Of a stretch of 64,000 bases of DNA, positions 1-9,213 are shown piece by piece. The translations under genes were made by a program, and so were the position numbers. Numbering within the stretch: the first letter of the stretch is position 1; every line of letters starts with the position of its first letter. Origin of the DNA: a virus (taxonomy: Duplodnaviria > Caudoviricetes); the IMG/VR virus record IMGVR_UViG_3300033067_002581, positions 32,001-96,000 of that record; one strand, given 5' to 3'. The notes below the pieces were generated by a model. That model saw only the letters and a program-made list of their open reading frames with translations. It searched no databases and was not told the DNA's origin.

Positions 1-73
1 TCGGAACGACACGCTCGACCCACGGCCTGATCCTCGGATGAAAGCTGTCATGGACCATAGACACTACGCACAT

Positions 74-1081
74 CTATCTCACCTCACGATAAAAATTTTC
101 GATCGCTGCATCACACCCCCACTTGCTAGGAAGGCAGAACCTGTCAAGAGGCGCAGCGCTTGCGCTCTTGTATCTCTGTTTTATGTTTGTCCTGCCAGAG
201 ACACCAGCTATCGTGGGGTGCGCAAGCCTTGCATACTTGCTTAGCTCGCAGAACAGGTTCTGACAGTCTATCAGCTTAAGCCGGCGCCCGAACAGCGACT
301 GAAAATTCATGCCGCGCTGCGCAAACTCATCATCCGCCCTCGCTGCCATCTCTCTTATGGCGCTAGCAGGATCGACTCTGGACGCAAAGCATTTTGACAC
401 GCCATCGTCCGCGCCCGGGCCTGCGACCACGAACTCGTCCTCGTCAAATGACGTCAGTCGCGAGTAGTTTATGTCGATCGCCATCTGAAACGACAGGAAC
501 CTTCCCATCGAGGGATATGACATGATAACGTTATAAAGATCCTGAAGCGACGCTGATGATAGCACCTTCGTAGTCATGTCATCAACCATCATATACTCGA
601 TCAGCTTCAGGTGATCAGCGTGTTTCGTGACCTCTCCGAGGCGTGGCGAAGGCATCATATAGGCGGCGCTGTATATCGCAGCACCGGAATTCTTAATATC
701 ATCCAGAGCGTCGACATAGACATCGCGATCGAAATCACGCCATGACACGACGCCGACCCTCATCACCAGCTCACGCCACGTGTCGATCTTGTTGAACAGC
801 TTGAAGATCAGGATCCTGAACAGCGTCTCACTCGGAGACTGATCGCCGTCGTTGATGACGTGACGTATCAGGTACTGACTGACCCTGTCAGAGACGCGGT
901 ATGGGTTTGTGAACCTGTGATCGCGTATGATCTCATCCGTCGTCCATGGAGCTGGCAGGTCGCGCAGGCGCCTGAAGAACACCGCCTGTCGCTCGCATGC
1001 AAACGACCAGTATGAGTCATACGCCGGCGTGACATCGACGTCGCTGCCATCAATTCGAATCGATCTGGTCATCCAGCACAC
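74..1081 (-). CDS. 5-hmdU DNA kinase-like protein (aGPT-Pplase1 / thymidine hypermodification family)
   Basis: N-terminal YWxFAxERQxVFxRR..PWTxDxIxxxHRFTNxYRxxDRVSQY, FKLFNKIDTW, AYMM, GPGAxxG and DCQNLFCExSKY motifs, as recalled for this family. Confidence 0.85.
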   Translation of the reverse strand: MCWMTRSIRIDGSDVDVTPAYDSYWSFACERQAVFFRRLRDLPAPWTTDEIIRDHRFTNPYRVSDRVSQYLIRHVINDGDQSPSETLFRILIFKLFNKIDTWRELVMRVGVVSWRDFDRDVYVDALDDIKNSGAAIYSAAYMMPSPRLGEVTKHADHLKLIEYMMVDDMTTKVLSSASLQDLYNVIMSYPSMGRFLSFQMAIDINYSRLTSFDEDEFVVAGPGADDGVSKCFASRVDPASAIREMAARADDEFAQRGMNFQSLFGRRLKLIDCQNLFCELSKYARLAHPTIAGVSGRTNIKQRYKSASAAPLDRFCLPSKWGCDAAIENFYREVR

Positions 1082-1647
1082 GTTATCATGAACGGGTGTC
1101 GCCAGTCAGCACCATCACTAGCGTCGCTGATCGCCCTGATCGCCATCGCCGTGAGCCATGACAGGTTTGGCATCATGCTAAGCGACACGCGCTCGCCATC
1201 CCGTGAATAGCTGATGACATCACCACGAATCACATCAGCTACGTGACAGACAAACACGCTCTCTGACTCGCGGGTCGTGACAGAGTACACATCAGGCGTG
1301 ACTGCACAATACATCGCTGTCTCAGAGAGAGTCAGACCGTCAGCAACGCGTGACACGGTCGCAAAATGCGTCAGATGCTCGATACGCACGCCTGATTCCT
1401 CAAGCGTCTCTCTCCTCGCGCAGCAGGCGTGCGCGCCATCTCTCCACACCTTTCTGCGTTGTCCAGTGAGCAGCGCAGAATCAACGTCAAGACACAGCGC
1501 TACGCGAGCGCTCTCCCAATCACTGTCATCGACCTTGCCACCGATAAAGTTCGCCAATCCAGCGAGTCGCTCTGGGCGAAGCTTGTGAATCAACGCGATG
1601 TCAGTCAGCTGCGGGCTAAGCAGCACGACTGAGCTGTGTCTATCCAT
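1069..1647 (-). CDS. Nudix hydrolase (Nudix box with insertion)
   Basis: NFIGGKVD...ARRETLEESG; about 28 extra residues inside the box. Confidence 0.7.
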   Translation of the reverse strand: MDRHSSVVLLSPQLTDIALIHKLRPERLAGLANFIGGKVDDSDWESARVALCLDVDSALLTGQRRKVWRDGAHACCARRETLEESGVRIEHLTHFATVSRVADGLTLSETAMYCAVTPDVYSVTTRESESVFVCHVADVIRGDVISYSRDGERVSLSMMPNLSWLTAMAIRAISDASDGADWRHPFMITCAG

Positions 1648-1857
1648 TTATTGCCTCCTCTGTCCTGATTCGACATAGGTGAATGATTTCACATCACCTT
1701 CAACGGTGATTGATATGCATTCCCTGCGCAATCGCGGCACCCACCTGAATATCACGTCATCACATACGCCCGCCTCAGCGGCGCGGCGCCTGACGATGCC
1801 TTCATCCCGAGCAGCGATTATGACGCCTCGCACAGGATGGTGCGCGACGAATATCAA
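1648..1857 (-). CDS. hypothetical protein
   Basis: 69-aa ORF that abuts or overlaps both neighbours in the operon. Confidence 0.5.
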   Translation of the reverse strand: MIFVAHHPVRGVIIAARDEGIVRRRAAEAGVCDDVIFRWVPRLRRECISITVEGDVKSFTYVESGQRRQ

Positions 1858-2399
1858 GAGCTGACCATCATAGATGGAAACAGCTCGATCACCCTATCAC
1901 AGCACGTGTCTAACGAGTCATACACTCGTATGCCAGCGCAGTGCGCGTGATACCTGATGTGACCCGTGGTGTCAGCTCTTGGAGGGATTCCGTATATCAA
2001 GAGACCCCTGCTGACACCGGCCTCATGTAGCGCCGACGCTCTGCCCACCTCACTCCTGGTCGTCTTTCCCGGAGTCTCGTCACACATGTCGCACCAAGCG
2101 AGCGTGACGGTTGCTCCATCGATCCATGAGGTCTCCCAGTCAAGCACACGCTGCGTCGAGCGTCTCATGCCTGGGATGATCGACTGCTTGCCGTCATCCC
2201 ACCTCTGCTGAAACGAGCGACCTGACGGATCAGGACCCAGAAACTCTGGGATGATGATTGAGACATCAGCGTTTGCGAACCTGTCTATGACACGCTGCCT
2301 CCACGGCGTTCGAACGCCATTTCGCGCGGTCGGACCGAGCAGAAAAACGCTGAGCCGATCATCAGCGACAAACGGATCATCATACGTTACGAGTCTCAT
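1854..2399 (-). CDS. nucleoside 2-deoxyribosyltransferase-like protein
   Basis: SVFLLGP..WR, IIPEF, DWE, PGKTTRSEVG pattern typical of NDT-like (Nuc_deoxyri_tr2) proteins. Confidence 0.75.
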   Translation of the reverse strand: MRLVTYDDPFVADDRLSVFLLGPTARNGVRTPWRQRVIDRFANADVSIIIPEFLGPDPSGRSFQQRWDDGKQSIIPGMRRSTQRVLDWETSWIDGATVTLAWCDMCDETPGKTTRSEVGRASALHEAGVSRGLLIYGIPPRADTTGHIRYHAHCAGIRVYDSLDTCCDRVIELFPSMMVSS

Positions 2400-3361
2400 C
2401 TAACGTCCCTATATGACTGATACGTCATCCTCAGACCATCATCTAGCTCTACGAGAGGCGACCACCCAAGATCGTTTGAGGCGATGGTGATATCTGGTCG
2501 CCGATTTGTTGGATCGTCAATGAGGCGAGGACCAAACGTGATATTGAGGTGACGACCAGTGACACGCTGGACGGTCTCCGCGAGCTCAAGGATGGATACC
2601 TCATGTGGGTTACCCAGGTTCACTGGGTGATCTGGGGTGCATGGTGCATGGTGCAGCGCGAGCAAGCCAGATATCAGATCTGACACATAACACAGCGATC
2701 TTGTCTGCGACCCATCTCCGTGGATCGCGACTGGGGATCCTGATAACGCAGATCGCATCAGCTCTGTGACGATCCTTCCATCGCCGAGCATCATCCTCGG
2801 ACCATACGTGTTAAAGATTCTAGCGAGGCGAACGTCATGTCCCTCTGAGCGAGCGATCCACAGCATCGCCTCGGCGGCGCGCTTGCCTTCGTCATAGCAA
2901 GCTCGCGGCCCCCAGGTGTTCACCCTACCTACGTATGACTCATCCTGAGGAGAGACCGTCGGATCACCGTATACCTCAGACGTTGAGGCGTGAACCAGAA
3001 CGCAATCAGCTCTTTTGGCGATATGCAAGCAGCTAGCGACTCCGATGACAGACGTCATCAGCGTATGCATGGGAAGACGCTGGTATGCTGGAGGAGACGC
3101 TGGACACGCCATGTTAAAGACTGCGTGAAAGCGAGAGCCCACGGCCGCTAGCAGCGCGCCCGGCTCAGCGATGTTGACCTCTCTGAACGAGAATCTAGGA
3201 CGGCTAATCAGATCGATGTGATGCTTGGAGCCTGGGTCAGATGTCGAGAAATCATCAGCTCCAACGACCTCGCAGCCTCGATCGAGGAGAGCGTCAGCTA
3301 GGTGTGATCCCAAAAAACCTGCGGCGCCGGTGACAAGTACTCGTCTCTTGTGTGTCATCAA
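2396..3361 (-). CDS. UDP-glucuronate decarboxylase (UDP-xylose synthase)-like NAD-dependent epimerase/dehydratase
   Basis: VTGAAGFLGSHL, ACPASPPAYQ, ASTSEVYGDP, GPRACYDEGKRAAE, RIFNTYGPRM, GSQTRSLCYVSDL. Confidence 0.9.
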   Translation of the reverse strand: MMTHKRRVLVTGAAGFLGSHLADALLDRGCEVVGADDFSTSDPGSKHHIDLISRPRFSFREVNIAEPGALLAAVGSRFHAVFNMACPASPPAYQRLPMHTLMTSVIGVASCLHIAKRADCVLVHASTSEVYGDPTVSPQDESYVGRVNTWGPRACYDEGKRAAEAMLWIARSEGHDVRLARIFNTYGPRMMLGDGRIVTELMRSALSGSPVAIHGDGSQTRSLCYVSDLISGLLALHHAPCTPDHPVNLGNPHEVSILELAETVQRVTGRHLNITFGPRLIDDPTNRRPDITIASNDLGWSPLVELDDGLRMTYQSYRDVR

Positions 3362-3405
3362 TGAGACTGTACACCACGCGCAGGACTGATTTCACACATT
3401 CACCG

Positions 3406-3966
3406 TCAACTGGTGGTGCGACGGCGAAGGTGGAAAATAGCTTCTTCTCTGGAGTCGCAAAATTGCTGTAGCATGTTCTCAACGCCAGGAGTTGCTGACC
3501 CTAATTCCTTCATGGAGCGAATCGCTAGCGCAGCTATTCGCAGCAGAAAGAACTCAGCCGCCAGTGACCGTTCCGCTAGCACGCTGACGGAACCAACTGT
3601 ATGAGGCGCGTACATCTCGCTGAGGATCTGCGCCATTCCATTAATCCTGTCGTGCACATCGACGCCGGCATCTGATCCAAGACCTACGATCTTCTCAGCG
3701 AGTGTGTCTATGTCCTCATTAAGCCCATCGTACAGCGTCTCAAAGAGCTTATGATCCGAGTAGTATGACTGGCTGCTCGCCGTCCAGTGATTCGTCCTGT
3801 GTAGCATTGCTACAGCCTCAGCGACCGTTAGCAGCACCGTCAGCTCAGCGTTCACGACGCCTGACCTGTCAGCCAGCATCTTCGCGAACGTCTCGCTTGG
3901 GTCCCTGCCGGCCAGTACTGCGTCAGCCGTCAGGCTCTCTCTGAGAGCTATTCTTCGTCTAATCAT
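3406..3966 (-). CDS. Dps/ferritin-like protein with N-terminal LRE leader
   Basis: HW...HKLFETLYDGLNEDIDTLAEKI resembles the Dps ferroxidase-site motif. Confidence 0.7.
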   Translation of the reverse strand: MIRRRIALRESLTADAVLAGRDPSETFAKMLADRSGVVNAELTVLLTVAEAVAMLHRTNHWTASSQSYYSDHKLFETLYDGLNEDIDTLAEKIVGLGSDAGVDVHDRINGMAQILSEMYAPHTVGSVSVLAERSLAAEFFLLRIAALAIRSMKELGSATPGVENMLQQFCDSREEAIFHLRRRTTS

Positions 3967-3968
3967 GT

Positions 3969-4898
3969 TTAGTACTCATAGGATAGAAGCACGGTATCGG
4001 GCGATTCTACGCACCATTTCACTCTTGACGTCCCACGCAGGCTGGTCTCGACCTGCCTAGCGATCCTTCCAGCGATCGCTCTCTCGCTGTGACCGATTCT
4101 ATGCGTAAATGTTATTCGGCGCGGAGCGTCAATGACGACGCTGGCGTGCTCAGACAACATCCTCTGCTGGATCAGCTTTGGTAACCTCGCTGACTCGATG
4201 ACATAGTCATCCTCCTCAGGTGGTTCCGTGACCTCGTCATTTCGCGGTTCACACTCCTCATCCTCTAGCTCTCGCATAGCGGCGATTGATTCCTCGAGGC
4301 ATGAGAAGTCAGTGCAGTCCTGCATCTCAGCGAGGCGATGCTTCACAGCAGCTTTAAGTTTCTTGGCGTCTAGCGCGACGCCTGACGTGGCCCTGTACGA
4401 CCTGACGACGTCAGCGACAGCGACGCTGACCCAGTCACCGGATCTATCAGGGAAATCATTCACAAGGCGCTGAGCGATGCTATCATAATACTCGTCAGAG
4501 AGATCGACCAATGGTGCCGTGTCTGGCATTGTCTCTCCAACCTCTCTTAGGCGAGAGAGCGCTGCGGCTCGAACATTCTTTGATGGGTCATTCAGAGACT
4601 CTTGCAACTGTCTCCCGCGCGACAGGCGCGCGCACACGGCGCGCACCGCAGAGCTGTCGTGCTCCATCAGCGACTTTGGTACTGATTCTTTAAAGGAGAT
4701 GACCGCTTTAGGATCAGCTAGTTTGAACAGCTGAGACGCGTGCTCAGCGATGACGGTCGCTGGCAGCGAGATGTCAAGCTTTGGGATTAGTCTCTCAAGA
4801 GAGATGAAGAACTTAGCTTCAGATAGCGCCTGTTGTGCTTTCTTGATCACAGCACTAACTATTGACTTCCCACATACGCCTCCCACGAGGCGTGCCAC
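3969..4898 (-). CDS. hypothetical protein (many L/I-x-E sites; possible head-core protein)
   Basis: 309-aa ORF in operon; true start may be downstream of the annotated one. Confidence 0.55.
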   Translation of the reverse strand: MARLVGGVCGKSIVSAVIKKAQQALSEAKFFISLERLIPKLDISLPATVIAEHASQLFKLADPKAVISFKESVPKSLMEHDSSAVRAVCARLSRGRQLQESLNDPSKNVRAAALSRLREVGETMPDTAPLVDLSDEYYDSIAQRLVNDFPDRSGDWVSVAVADVVRSYRATSGVALDAKKLKAAVKHRLAEMQDCTDFSCLEESIAAMRELEDEECEPRNDEVTEPPEEDDYVIESARLPKLIQQRMLSEHASVVIDAPRRITFTHRIGHSERAIAGRIARQVETSLRGTSRVKWCVESPDTVLLSYEY

Positions 4899-5377
4899 CT
4901 GCCGTGAGCGTCCGCGCGCCAGACGTTAACGACTGACGGGTTCGCGGGTCTCTTTGCAAGCTGCATCCCTGCCTCAGCGAGCGACTTATGACCCTTGTTC
5001 TTATTGCAGCGAAGGCATGCTGTGACGCAGTTTGACCATGACGTCTTTCCTCCCTTGCACCTTGGGACGAGATGATCGACGGTAGCAGCGCGGCGCGTCA
5101 GCGTATCACCACAGTACTGACATCGCCACTCATCACGCTCAAACAGCGTCTTTCGCTGAAACTTTGGTGGTCTTGTTGCACGTGGAGCGCGAGCGAGCAA
5201 CCTGACCACGGCTGGCATTGCGATCTTGTTTCCACCGCCGTGACCGACGTGAACGTCATCCCACGTCGCCAGGGTCTCAACCTTGCTCTTTATCAAGAGA
5301 CGCATCACGCGCTTCTTACTCAAGAAGCAGAGTGGCTCATATGTACTGTTCACAAGAAGCGCGTGACTGTCATTCAT
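4859..5377 (-). CDS. HNH endonuclease
   Basis: LLVNSTYEPL, RDEWRCQYCG, TVDHLVPRCKGG, WSNCVTACLRCNKNKG. Confidence 0.92.
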   Translation of the reverse strand: MNDSHALLVNSTYEPLCFLSKKRVMRLLIKSKVETLATWDDVHVGHGGGNKIAMPAVVRLLARAPRATRPPKFQRKTLFERDEWRCQYCGDTLTRRAATVDHLVPRCKGGKTSWSNCVTACLRCNKNKGHKSLAEAGMQLAKRPANPSVVNVWRADAHGRWHASWEAYVGSQ

Positions 5378-5379
5378 GG

Positions 5380-6279
5380 TTAGAACTCTCTATCGTCTAA
5401 CTGCATCACAGTGAGACCGACCGAACGCCAGAAACGCACGACGTTCGGTCTGTCGTCTAACACAACAAGCACGTTAAACTTTTCGAAGATGTGTTTCTCA
5501 TATATGTCAGCCTTGACTGCGTCGTCAGAGCGCGAGTCGCCGACCGCGCGCATGAGAAGAACTCGATCTGTCGAAAACGGGTGCGCCGCTGCGAGGAACC
5601 TCTCTGTCGGCTCACGATACTCATCTGACCTGCCGCTGACGTACAGCGGTCTGACACCCTGAGAGACCAGCCCGGCGACGACAGCTCTGACAGCAGGACA
5701 CACGATATCGACTGTATCGCACGCGCTAGCGTTGTATGGACTCCTATCACCAATGACAGCAGCCGTCCCATCAAGATCTATTACAACAGCGTCAGGCAGC
5801 TTTGCATCGCTGAGCGCAACGCGTCTCTCAAACCTTGGATAATAGATCGTTGTCGTGTCATCTGGCCAGCCGCTCGCCCAGCCAGAGCGCTTCCACATCC
5901 TGCGAATGACACCCTCGCCAACCTGGTCACGCGGCGGGCGCTGCGAGTCCCTAATGACACACTCAGCGGGCCCCACACGCATGACTCGCGTGTGAAGCTT
6001 GACGTTTCCACACCGCTGAGCGATCTGCCTGTATACGTCTACGTCTCGCTCCTGAACGTGCGTGCAGTCAGCGACGACGCTGTTACCTCGCATGATCGCG
6101 TCTTTGACCAGCGAAACATGCATGGCGTGAACAGTGCCCTCGCTGTCACCAGACCTGACACCGAGCATCGTCCTGATGTCATCCTTGCACACGCGAACCA
6201 CTCCACCTGACGCTATCTCTCGCGAGAGCGTGGACTTACCGCTGCCAGGTAGGCCACGAAGCACAAACAGGTCCATCAT
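5380..6279 (-). CDS. pseT: polynucleotide 5'-kinase/3'-phosphatase (T4 PseT-like)
   Basis: GLPGSGKS P-loop plus HAD DLDGT, SGR, K, DDR motifs; start moved to the ATG overlapping the upstream TGA. Confidence 0.88.
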   Translation of the reverse strand: MMDLFVLRGLPGSGKSTLSREIASGGVVRVCKDDIRTMLGVRSGDSEGTVHAMHVSLVKDAIMRGNSVVADCTHVQERDVDVYRQIAQRCGNVKLHTRVMRVGPAECVIRDSQRPPRDQVGEGVIRRMWKRSGWASGWPDDTTTIYYPRFERRVALSDAKLPDAVVIDLDGTAAVIGDRSPYNASACDTVDIVCPAVRAVVAGLVSQGVRPLYVSGRSDEYREPTERFLAAAHPFSTDRVLLMRAVGDSRSDDAVKADIYEKHIFEKFNVLVVLDDRPNVVRFWRSVGLTVMQLDDREF

Positions 6280-6974
6280 CAGCGAACCTCCAGAGGTTCT
6301 GAACAGCCGCTCCTCCAGACCCACGCATCACAGTTTGATGGGTTCTGGACTTTTACGCACTCGCTCGGAGTCATCGAACCCAGCAGGGCTCGCAGCGCTC
6401 GCATCGCGCCTCCGTGTGTGAATAGGAGTATCGCATCAGTGCCCGGCATCTGATTAGAGACATCAGACAGGAAGTGAGCGAGTCTCGCTGACACGTCAGC
6501 CAGCGACTCGCCGCCAGGCGGTCTGAAAAAGAAATCTCCCTGCATGAGGGTCCTGTTCCTGTCAGCGAACGGATAGTGACGCTCTAGCTCACTATGACGC
6601 ATGTCATAGACGTACCCAGCGTCACGCTCCCTGACCCTTATATCAACGTGCCGCTCTAGCATGAAGAGATCATTCACACTGCGTGTCGATATGTCACATG
6701 TCTGCACGCAGCGCTTATACCCGCTAGAGAAGACGGTGAATCGCTTGCTCACCGTTCTGTCAAGCGCCGCGGCGTCCGCTATGTCAGACCACCTGTCTCT
6801 GAGACGTATCGACTGCTTCTCACCGAGTGGCGAGAGCTGCATCTCCCAGTCTGGGACCGCGGCGGCGCCATCCCTGACGTTCTCCTCAGAGAGGGCCGCG
6901 CCGCCACGTTTTATTGAGTTTCTATGTGATTCGCCGTGCCTGACGGCGACGATGGTTGGGTGCCTGAGCCACAT
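6279..6974 (-). CDS. histidine phosphatase (phosphoglycerate mutase family)
   Basis: RHGES, RCVQT, RERDAG, PGGES, FTHGG motifs. Confidence 0.88.
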   Translation of the reverse strand: MWLRHPTIVAVRHGESHRNSIKRGGAALSEENVRDGAAAVPDWEMQLSPLGEKQSIRLRDRWSDIADAAALDRTVSKRFTVFSSGYKRCVQTCDISTRSVNDLFMLERHVDIRVRERDAGYVYDMRHSELERHYPFADRNRTLMQGDFFFRPPGGESLADVSARLAHFLSDVSNQMPGTDAILLFTHGGAMRALRALLGSMTPSECVKVQNPSNCDAWVWRSGCSEPLEVR

Positions 6975-7007
6975 GCGACTATCATAAACTAAGCCGCATG
7001 AATTTAC

Positions 7008-7343
7008 TCAGCTGATAGCGATATCAAAACTCTCGATCGCTTTGAGCGGGATCTTGACAGTCAGGACGCCATCAGCGAGAGCCGCTGATGTTTTTTCTGC
7101 GATAAGATTCGACGCAAGTTTGAATTCGATCGACCTAGACTTACCAGCTCTTGTCGCAACAAGTTTCATGTTTCTGTCGACGACCTGAAGCTTGATGTCC
7201 TCGCGCCTGACGCCAGGTAAATCAAACTCAATAGACAACGCATCATCAGTCTGTGATACATGATGAGTGATCGACTGAGGACTCGATCGCATGATATCAG
7301 CGAAGAGCGAGTCAATAGGTGACATGTTAGCAGACGTCCACAT
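7008..7343 (-). CDS. Hsp20 small heat-shock protein
   Basis: DLPGVRREDI, A-L-x-D-G-V-L-T-V-K-I-P; strong RBS AAGGAGG. Confidence 0.9.
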   Translation of the reverse strand: MWTSANMSPIDSLFADIMRSSPQSITHHVSQTDDALSIEFDLPGVRREDIKLQVVDRNMKLVATRAGKSRSIEFKLASNLIAEKTSAALADGVLTVKIPLKAIESFDIAIS

Positions 7344-7369
7344 TACGTAGCCTCCTTTGCTTGATCGTC

Positions 7370-7397
7370 AATATAAACACATCTTGACGTGTGTAAA
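7370..7397 (-). promoter_or_regulatory. candidate sigma70-type promoter for hsp20
   Basis: minus strand TTTACA-16 nt-TATATT in the intergenic gap, upstream of AAGGAGG RBS. Confidence 0.45.
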
Positions 7398-7407
7398 GGC
7401 CTAACGA

Positions 7408-7782
7408 TCAATAACCGCTATTGATGCGTCTCTCGTTTATGAGACCTTTTTCGATGTAAACGTCATAGAGCTCATCATCTGTGACGCCTGACACGATACA
7501 CAGTTCAAAGAAGAAGTGCAACACGTCTACGAGCTCCTCGAGGTATTGACGCCTGTCAAACTCGCGAACCTCAGTCGCTCTGTGCTGTTTAGAGTTTTTC
7601 AGGTGCTGCAGCGCCTCGTGCAACTCGTCCATCGCATCATGAGCGATGTCCTTACATAGCTTCTGACCAGGCTTTGACAGGATGTCTACAGGAAACTCTG
7701 GAAAATTCCTGCGATCGCGCAGGAGATTCATGAAGTCTCTCTGCTGCGCGAACATCGCTCTCAGATCACGCGCTTCACTCAT
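7408..7782 (-). CDS. all-alpha NTP pyrophosphatase (dimeric dUTPase/MazG-like)
   Basis: DELHEAL...EELVDVLHFF...YIEKGLINERR. Confidence 0.8.
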   Translation of the reverse strand: MSEARDLRAMFAQQRDFMNLLRDRRNFPEFPVDILSKPGQKLCKDIAHDAMDELHEALQHLKNSKQHRATEVREFDRRQYLEELVDVLHFFFELCIVSGVTDDELYDVYIEKGLINERRINSGY

Positions 7783-8008
7783 TATTCATCTTCTCTAGAT
7801 CAGCGAGCATCTTATCGTGATGCGCCTTCACGACGTCAAGGTACCCATCCGCCAGAGCTACGAACTGGCCGTCAACCTTCAAGTCGATCGCTCTCAGCAC
7901 GTCCGTCACATCCGTTCCGGATAGCAGTGCCTCCTGCAACGCCTGCGCGATCCGCGCGATCACAGAATCATGTAACCTAAGTGCCGTCTTTTCACTTGTC
8001 ATAAACAC
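7775..8008 (-). CDS. hypothetical protein
   Basis: 77-aa ORF with RBS, coupled to the next gene. Confidence 0.6.
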   Translation of the reverse strand: MFMTSEKTALRLHDSVIARIAQALQEALLSGTDVTDVLRAIDLKVDGQFVALADGYLDVVKAHHDKMLADLEKMNNE

Positions 8009-8017
8009 TCCTCTCGT

Positions 8018-8614
8018 TCAAAGCCTTATGTTTCTTTTTCTTGCAGCGATCGCGATGGCCTGCCTCACTCGATCGCTGACCTGCTCAACGCTGCCATTGG
8101 CGTCAACGTTGATCACGCTGATCCCGTCACACGCTTCGCGATACAGCTGCGATGCACGTCGCTGGAGGCTTTCGTCTGACTCGTATGCATCGCGAGACTC
8201 GTCTCTCTGATGCTGCGAGTCTCGCGAGAGAACGACAGTGACGTCCGGTTTGATCAGCAGGGATCCTAACCACTCGCAGAACGACTTTGACAGGCCGCTG
8301 GCCTGCCCATAGACGACACTCGAGAGGTGCCACCGATCGAATATCACGACGCAGTCAGGCATCGTCGTCATGATCGCTATCTGACAAGATAACTTGTTTA
8401 GCATGTGAATGAGCTGAAACAGCCTGGGCCAGCGTTTCGCCGAGCCAGACTCTAGCATCGAGTATATCACGCGATATGTGAACGTCATCTCCCACGGGAC
8501 TTCTACGACGATCGCTGGGATGCCCCGCATCAGCAACTCGCGACGCAAAGCCTCTGACTGAGTCGCCTTGCCTGTCATGTCACAACCTTCGATCGCTACC
8601 CAGAACTTCTCCAT
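8018..8614 (-). CDS. tmk: thymidylate (dNMP) kinase
   Basis: IEGCDMTGKATQ P-loop, FDRWHLSSVVYG, KPDVTVVL. Confidence 0.88.
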   Translation of the reverse strand: MEKFWVAIEGCDMTGKATQSEALRRELLMRGIPAIVVEVPWEMTFTYRVIYSMLESGSAKRWPRLFQLIHMLNKLSCQIAIMTTMPDCVVIFDRWHLSSVVYGQASGLSKSFCEWLGSLLIKPDVTVVLSRDSQHQRDESRDAYESDESLQRRASQLYREACDGISVINVDANGSVEQVSDRVRQAIAIAARKRNIRL

Positions 8615-8637
8615 AAGAGGTCTCCTTGTGTGGCGTG

Positions 8638-9213
8638 TTAAGCAGCTGCAAGCGCGACAAGCGCGTCTCGTATGTCACAAGCGTCCAGCTCGTCACCAGT
8701 GCACACCCAGTCGGGCCTGTCACGCCTGGCGAACATCTCGAGCTTTGGCGAGCCTGGGAACATCAGGTCTAGCGAGTCCTGCAGGCCCTCAGGCTTCCTC
8801 GAGTGACCCTCGTTGACAGCCAGACATACAGACCTCTGACCGTGATCCATGACGGCGCTCGAGACCTTCCCGATGACTCCTGTGATCGCTATCTCGTGAG
8901 ACTGCCTAAACGTGTGACCCATCCCTATCGCTGGTCTCTGCATGTCCTTTCGCATCTTGACCCACACATACGTGCCCTTGAAATCAAAACCCCAACACCG
9001 CATGACGCGGAGGCCGTCCTCTAGCATCGTGCTCGGCACCCACATCACAAGCATGCATGACTCCGCGTCAGCTACGTCTCTGACAGGCAGCGCACATATG
9101 TCATCAAGCGATAGCGTCCTGTAGTTGTCGTCAGCTGACCTTGGCGTCGAACTCATCTGAAGCTTATCAGAGAAACTCCATGGTGGATCAGCGACTATCA
9201 CCCTAAATCTCAT
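8638..9213 (-). CDS. MT-A70 family N6-adenine methyltransferase
   Basis: VIVADPPW, WGF, YVWVK, HSRKP, LEMFAR. Confidence 0.9.
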   Translation of the reverse strand: MRFRVIVADPPWSFSDKLQMSSTPRSADDNYRTLSLDDICALPVRDVADAESCMLVMWVPSTMLEDGLRVMRCWGFDFKGTYVWVKMRKDMQRPAIGMGHTFRQSHEIAITGVIGKVSSAVMDHGQRSVCLAVNEGHSRKPEGLQDSLDLMFPGSPKLEMFARRDRPDWVCTGDELDACDIRDALVALAAA

